Shown here one piece after another: positions 59,177 through 64,000 of a stretch of 64,000 bases of DNA. Position 1 is the first letter of the stretch; every line of letters begins with the position of its first letter. Below the pieces are notes generated by a model. It was not told the origin of the DNA, searched no databases, and was given only the letters and a program-made list of their open reading frames with translations. The stretch is from IMG/VR virus record IMGVR_UViG_3300037455_000543, positions 315,136-379,135 of that record; one strand, written 5' to 3'. A program made the position numbers and the translations under genes. The DNA comes from a virus. Lineage: Duplodnaviria > Heunggongvirae > Uroviricota > Caudoviricetes.

Positions 59177-60253
59177 ATGGCAAAGACTAAACAGAAATAT
59201 CTTGTTTTAAAGGTTGTTCGCCTTGATGAAAAGAACGAACTGTATAAAAATATCTATCGTGTAACCGATGAAACTGGAACATTGAACCTGCTCGGTTATT
59301 ATGACGAAAAGGAAACAGAACCTGTTGTAATCCTTACCAATAAGGCTGTTCTTGAATATGATTGGAATGGCATTGCTGCAAGAGTTCAGAAACTTAATAA
59401 AGATTTCTGCGAACAGTTTGTGGACAAGTCTAAGATCATCGTTATTACTGAAGAGGCTAAGACTGAAGAAGTCGGTCAGAATTTCCGTATTGTGGATAAT
59501 GTCATGTTCATTACTGAACATCGATATAATTCTCAGTTCAAGGAAGAAAATATCGTTGTCGAAAAGCCTAAGGTTGAAGTTGTTGAACCTAATCCTGGGT
59601 TCTTTACAAAGCTTAAGAGACAGCTTTTCCCAAATAAGGTTAAGCAAAAGGCTCCGGAAGAACAATACAAAACTTTTGTTGGCGATTTGACAGAAGATGA
59701 AAAAAGTGCAGTCAAGCATATTGGCTGGGGTGTAGCGTTTGTGCTTATCTTGGCTGTCGGTTTTGTTTGGCTTGATCAACATTATTCAGAAAGATATACG
59801 CCTACTGAGGTAACTGAAGAGTTCATGAAGAATATTACTCAGACTACTACTAAAACGGTGTTCGATTCTGTTCATGTTGATACTATTGCTATTCCTGATA
59901 CGATTACTTTTAACCATGATTTCCAGCTTACTCAGGAACAACAGCGTATTGCTGATTCTTTAGCAAGAGAAAAGCGTTATGCTGACAGTGTTAATCTGTA
60001 TCTTAGACTTCATAGAAAGGTAAAGGTTTCGTTGCATTCCGCCATTAACGATGGTCATACTGAAAGAACTGCTAAGACTGAAATGGTTGCTGATTCTCTT
60101 AGGGAACAGGATATTAAACAGCTTACTACTGTTATTAACCAGATGACCAAGGAAATGAACAACGAAAGACTTGAAGAGCTTAAGCAAAATCGATTCATTA
60201 CTCCTGGTAAAGAAAGTAATTTCATTATTGGTATGAGCAAGAAGGATGACTAA
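59177..60253 (+). CDS. Single-pass membrane protein, paralogue of 60253-61041
   Basis: TM; shared (I/V).DG...R..K.E...DS motif. Confidence 0.75.
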   Translation: MAKTKQKYLVLKVVRLDEKNELYKNIYRVTDETGTLNLLGYYDEKETEPVVILTNKAVLEYDWNGIAARVQKLNKDFCEQFVDKSKIIVITEEAKTEEVGQNFRIVDNVMFITEHRYNSQFKEENIVVEKPKVEVVEPNPGFFTKLKRQLFPNKVKQKAPEEQYKTFVGDLTEDEKSAVKHIGWGVAFVLILAVGFVWLDQHYSERYTPTEVTEEFMKNITQTTTKTVFDSVHVDTIAIPDTITFNHDFQLTQEQQRIADSLAREKRYADSVNLYLRLHRKVKVSLHSAINDGHTERTAKTEMVADSLREQDIKQLTTVINQMTKEMNNERLEELKQNRFITPGKESNFIIGMSKKDD

Positions 60254-61041
60254 TGAGTAATGATGAATGGAAGAAATTCTGGGAAGATAGATTAATTAAA
60301 GGAGATGGCGGTTATTATCGAGACAACAATGGTCAAATTAGAAAGCTAAAGTCTAATGAATACATTGATCAATATGGTAATTTACAAAAACGATATGGTT
60401 ATTATAATGAAGAATATCATCCGCATTGTACTTTTGTAGAACCGGCTCAATATAAAGATGACCATTATGAAGGAGATGGTGTGGAAGATTTACCTTTGGT
60501 ATTAAAACTCTTTATTTCTTGTTTTGTTCTTTTTGTTTTCTTGGGTGTACTTGTATTATTGCCCATTCATGACAATGTTCCACCTGTTGTTATTACAGAA
60601 AAGAAAACAACTGTCGTAGATTCTGTTTCTGCATTTGACATTAATCAAGAAAAAGACTTGACGACGCAGATGATAGATGAAAAGAAACAGCAGATGGCAG
60701 AAGTCAATGAAGAAATCAAGAAAATTCAAGAAAAGAAGGCTACTGCTGATACATTAAAGGCTAATAAGAAAGAACGTCTTACTATGACTGCCTTGGTTGA
60801 CGATGGTTTTATTACCCGCGAAATTAAGGCTGAGGCTGAAGTTGATAGTGTTACTGATGATGCGATCGATATGCTATCTCAGTCATTACAGACAACAGTT
60901 GATAGTATTGCTTTACAGACTAAGTTAAAGACTTACATGAGAGCTCAGTTGGAAAACGGTGATACTGCTACGGTTGCATTGTTGATGCGTGCGAGAGACT
61001 GGAGTCTGGACGAGTTGATTGAGGTATTTGGTTTAGAGTAG
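60253..61041 (+). CDS. Single-pass membrane protein
   Basis: TM, coiled coil. Confidence 0.75.
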   Translation: MSNDEWKKFWEDRLIKGDGGYYRDNNGQIRKLKSNEYIDQYGNLQKRYGYYNEEYHPHCTFVEPAQYKDDHYEGDGVEDLPLVLKLFISCFVLFVFLGVLVLLPIHDNVPPVVITEKKTTVVDSVSAFDINQEKDLTTQMIDEKKQQMAEVNEEIKKIQEKKATADTLKANKKERLTMTALVDDGFITREIKAEAEVDSVTDDAIDMLSQSLQTTVDSIALQTKLKTYMRAQLENGDTATVALLMRARDWSLDELIEVFGLE

Positions 61042-61099
61042 TAAGTATTGACGAATTTAATCGTTTTTACTATATTTAAATCGATTAAAGGAGTAATTA

Positions 61100-61633
61100 A
61101 TGTTCAAAAGCAAACCGATTATCCATATATTATTCATGATTCTAACAGAGTTTGTTCTCTGTTATGGATTAACTTATGCAATTTCATATATTGCAAGTCG
61201 TCCTGATGGACATGTAAGATATGTATCTACTATATCTGAAAATGGAGATCTTGAAGATGTTTTAGATATTGCAGGAATTAAGTATCGGGATGCTTTCGAA
61301 CGTCTTAATTATGATACACAGTATAGGATTAAGCATGAAGTGCTTAGGAAGATGACTATTCCATATCACTATACAGAAAAGGAATTCAAAAATACTGTAT
61401 GGTTTTGGACATGGGTAGTATTTACTATAAGTATGTTCTTGTTTTTCTTTATTGCTATGTTTGCACATGATACTGGAGATGTTGTGGCTTCACCTATATT
61501 TTGCAAAATATTGTGTTGTTTATTGACAATTCTACCAGCATCAGTGAATGAACCTATTAAAACTAGAAGACTAAGACGACACGAAAAAATTACCAGTTTA
61601 CTTAATAACTTTAACAACTACGGGGTAAAATAA
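61100..61633 (+). CDS. Multi-pass membrane protein
   Basis: Three hydrophobic segments. Confidence 0.7.
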   Translation: MFKSKPIIHILFMILTEFVLCYGLTYAISYIASRPDGHVRYVSTISENGDLEDVLDIAGIKYRDAFERLNYDTQYRIKHEVLRKMTIPYHYTEKEFKNTVWFWTWVVFTISMFLFFFIAMFAHDTGDVVASPIFCKILCCLLTILPASVNEPIKTRRLRRHEKITSLLNNFNNYGVK

Positions 61634-61634
61634 T

Positions 61635-61865
61635 ATGATGATTGGATATGAACGATACGAACTTCGTGATACTGATCCGGATATTACTGGTATGATTATG
61701 CTTTTAACCGCAGTCATGTTTATTTTTGGTATTATCATGTCTATCACATGTGAAAGTCTCCCGTCTAAGGAAATTGAACAAGAATTGCTTAATAAAAAAT
61801 GCGAATATGTTAAGGGTTATATTGACAGCCAGAATATGATCCCTAACTGGCAAAAGGGGTGGTAA
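61635..61865 (+). CDS. Small membrane protein
   Basis: One TM. Confidence 0.6.
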   Translation: MMIGYERYELRDTDPDITGMIMLLTAVMFIFGIIMSITCESLPSKEIEQELLNKKCEYVKGYIDSQNMIPNWQKGW

Positions 61866-62422
61866 TGCCAGCACATAAAGTTCTTATTTATATTGCCATG
61901 CTTATTTTTGAAATTTGGGCATGGAATTTTATTGGAAATGGTATAGCGACTGCCGTTACTAGTAAAGATAAGCAATATGAAATTAGTAGTGATTGCAATT
62001 GTGAGCACGAAGTTTTACAACGTATTAAACATGCAAATATTAGCGATAGTGATAAAGCAAAGTATTTAACAAAATATACTTTGATGAATCCTTTTGAAAA
62101 AGAATTCTTTGAAAAAGAGATTAAAAATGCTCCTATTACTATTACTTATGATGAAAGAGTAATTATTCTGACAAGACGAATTTCTATACTTGGAATTACA
62201 TTTAGTTTCTTATTTACAATGATATTTGTAATAGTACTAAATCAAAGTGGCGGTAATGGGCATCTTGCGCCACCGCTTTGTTGGGTTGTTATAGGTATTA
62301 TTATGCTTGTTTATTATTTTACAGGCGGTAAGAAAGAACGAGATGCAAAAAAGAGAGAAAATCTTCATAAAAAAATTTCTGGATTGACTGAAAAATTTAA
62401 ACAGTTTAATAGGATGGCATAA
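61859..62422 (+). CDS. Multi-pass membrane protein, resembles 61100-61633
   Basis: Same topology; H.KI..L...F end. Confidence 0.7.
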   Translation: MVMPAHKVLIYIAMLIFEIWAWNFIGNGIATAVTSKDKQYEISSDCNCEHEVLQRIKHANISDSDKAKYLTKYTLMNPFEKEFFEKEIKNAPITITYDERVIILTRRISILGITFSFLFTMIFVIVLNQSGGNGHLAPPLCWVVIGIIMLVYYFTGGKKERDAKKRENLHKKISGLTEKFKQFNRMA

Positions 62423-62991
62423 TGTATAAATTTCTTAGTAAATTCTTAATTGACGACTATGAAGCATATGAAGCTGACGCATTTTGTGCAATACAGACTG
62501 GTGTATGTATTGTTATGCTTATTGCAGGTATTATTTTAAGTGTTATTCCTGAGATTATGATTTTTCCGAATGATATACAGCAACGTCTTGGTGAACATAA
62601 GCGTGAACTAATCTTTAATCGACTAGATCAGGAAACTACATCTGTTAAGCCTCTTATATCTTCTGCACCAGCAAAGGCTGTAAAAGAAGCTCCTATGTCA
62701 ATGGTTCCACTGGTTTTTGCAACAACACCTACGCCTATGACTAAAAAGGATAGTGTTGTAAAGGAAGAAAAAGTAGAAGCTCAGCCAAAAGTAGCAGAAC
62801 ATAAAAATGTTCCTGCGAATTTGAAAGCAATTCCTAATAAGCCTTTGTCGGCAGCTCCTGCAAATGTTGAAGTGACTAAAGGACCGACATATACTTGGAG
62901 AAGTTCTGGAAATACTGTAAAGATTACATATCCAGACGGAAGAGTTGAAATTGTAAGTAAATCTTTATTGCCATATCTATTGGGTAAGTAA
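62422..62991 (+). CDS. Membrane-anchored Pro/Ala/Lys-rich protein
   Basis: TM plus low-complexity linker. Confidence 0.7.
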   Translation: MYKFLSKFLIDDYEAYEADAFCAIQTGVCIVMLIAGIILSVIPEIMIFPNDIQQRLGEHKRELIFNRLDQETTSVKPLISSAPAKAVKEAPMSMVPLVFATTPTPMTKKDSVVKEEKVEAQPKVAEHKNVPANLKAIPNKPLSAAPANVEVTKGPTYTWRSSGNTVKITYPDGRVEIVSKSLLPYLLGK

Positions 62992-63647
62992 TGAAAATAA
63001 TGTTAGACATGGACGGTGTATTAACCGATTATGATTCTTGGCTTGATTATCACAATGCAAGAAAAGAAAACGGTAAAACAAATTGGGGAAAAGTCGGAAA
63101 GATTGGTTCCTCATTTTGGTCTAATATGCCATGGAATTTAGAAGGTCATAAGCTTTATAATCTTATTCTTGATTATATAAAGGATAAACCTAATATTCAG
63201 TTAGGTATTCATTCAGCTATTGGAATGGAATGCGGTAAAGTTGGAAAACGTTACTGGTTAGAAAGAAATTGTCCTGAAATTTCTATGGATTTAGTAAAGC
63301 TGGATAATGACGGTCATTTTAAATATAGAACTGGTGCATTTGATGAAATTCTTGTCGATGATAGATTGCCAAATATTGAGTCTTATGTAGCTGCAGGATT
63401 TCCTGGAGTATTGTTTACCAATGCACAAGAAACGTTTGACGGTATTGTCAAGATTATCGATGATTATAAGAAACGACCTGATTATAAGGAAATTCTTAGA
63501 TTATTGAAGAAAGAACGTGAATGTGTCATTAGAGCAGAACATTGTGACAGGAATTGTGCTAAATGTGATTTAGTAGAAGACCCTGTAGCAGTTATTGCTA
63601 TGTATGACAAGGTAATCGAAGCATATTCTAAATTGGTAGAAGTATGA
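62991..63647 (+). CDS. HAD-family 5'(3')-deoxyribonucleotidase
   Basis: DMDGVLTD, GKRYW, ILVDDR. Confidence 0.85.
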   Translation: MKIMLDMDGVLTDYDSWLDYHNARKENGKTNWGKVGKIGSSFWSNMPWNLEGHKLYNLILDYIKDKPNIQLGIHSAIGMECGKVGKRYWLERNCPEISMDLVKLDNDGHFKYRTGAFDEILVDDRLPNIESYVAAGFPGVLFTNAQETFDGIVKIIDDYKKRPDYKEILRLLKKERECVIRAEHCDRNCAKCDLVEDPVAVIAMYDKVIEAYSKLVEV

Positions 63648-64000
63648 AATTAAAATATAAAGAACTTTATAAACATGTTTTAAAAGAATATCAGCAATTT
63701 AGTAAGTGTGCCAGATTACATGTAGCGGCATTGCTTGTCAATGACGGTAGAATTCTTTGTTGCGGTTATAATGGAACACCAGCAGGACAAATAAACTGTA
63801 ATGAATTATTTAAAGGCGAAGTAATTAATGGTGTATCACATTATTATTTGAGAGATAATCCATATGAAGAATGGCGTGAGACCGATGAACAAGATTGGCG
63901 AGCTGCGCATCATGAATTCGCTAACAAGAACGAATTGCATGCTGAACAAAACCTTCTTGGTCAATGCTTACAAAAGAATATTAATGTAACAGACTGTTCT
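63644..64000 (+). CDS. dCMP deaminase (partial, runs off window)
   Basis: Manual translation: SKCARLHVAA...GYNGTP...HAEQN. Confidence 0.9.
   Translation, partial: MKLKYKELYKHVLKEYQQFSKCARLHVAALLVNDGRILCCGYNGTPAGQINCNELFKGEVINGVSHYYLRDNPYEEWRETDEQDWRAAHHEFANKNELHAEQNLLGQCLQKNINVTDCS

Overview
A 64-kb slice of a large, AT-rich, T4-like lytic dsDNA phage genome in the standard genetic code. Core genes include gp46/gp47 nuclease, dNMP kinase, thyA, sliding clamp, clamp loader, GroEL, SpoVG, a HAD nucleotidase, dCMP deaminase (partial), HNH and GIY-YIG nucleases, a VWA/MoxR pair and a split N6-adenine methyltransferase. A block of genes at 17.8-22.9 kb is driven by T4-type late promoters (TATAAATA). 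Most of the rest is small hypothetical genes in cassettes, each behind a stereotyped promoter (ACTG, then TTKACA-N17-TATATT, often fused to a terminator hairpin). Gene orientation and base skew switch near 31.7-34.2 kb, suggesting a replication origin. There are seven tRNA genes, several atypical, and at least two large structured non-coding RNAs. The top finding is a trp-style attenuator in front of the five-tRNA operon. Its 18-codon leader (10738-10794, minus) has ten consecutive codons drawn only from ATA, AGA, AAA and CAA, the codons the downstream tRNAs read. It is followed by mutually exclusive 1:2, antiterminator and terminator helices. This predicts that the phage makes these tRNAs when the matching host tRNAs run short. 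All calls are by eye; no database search was run.
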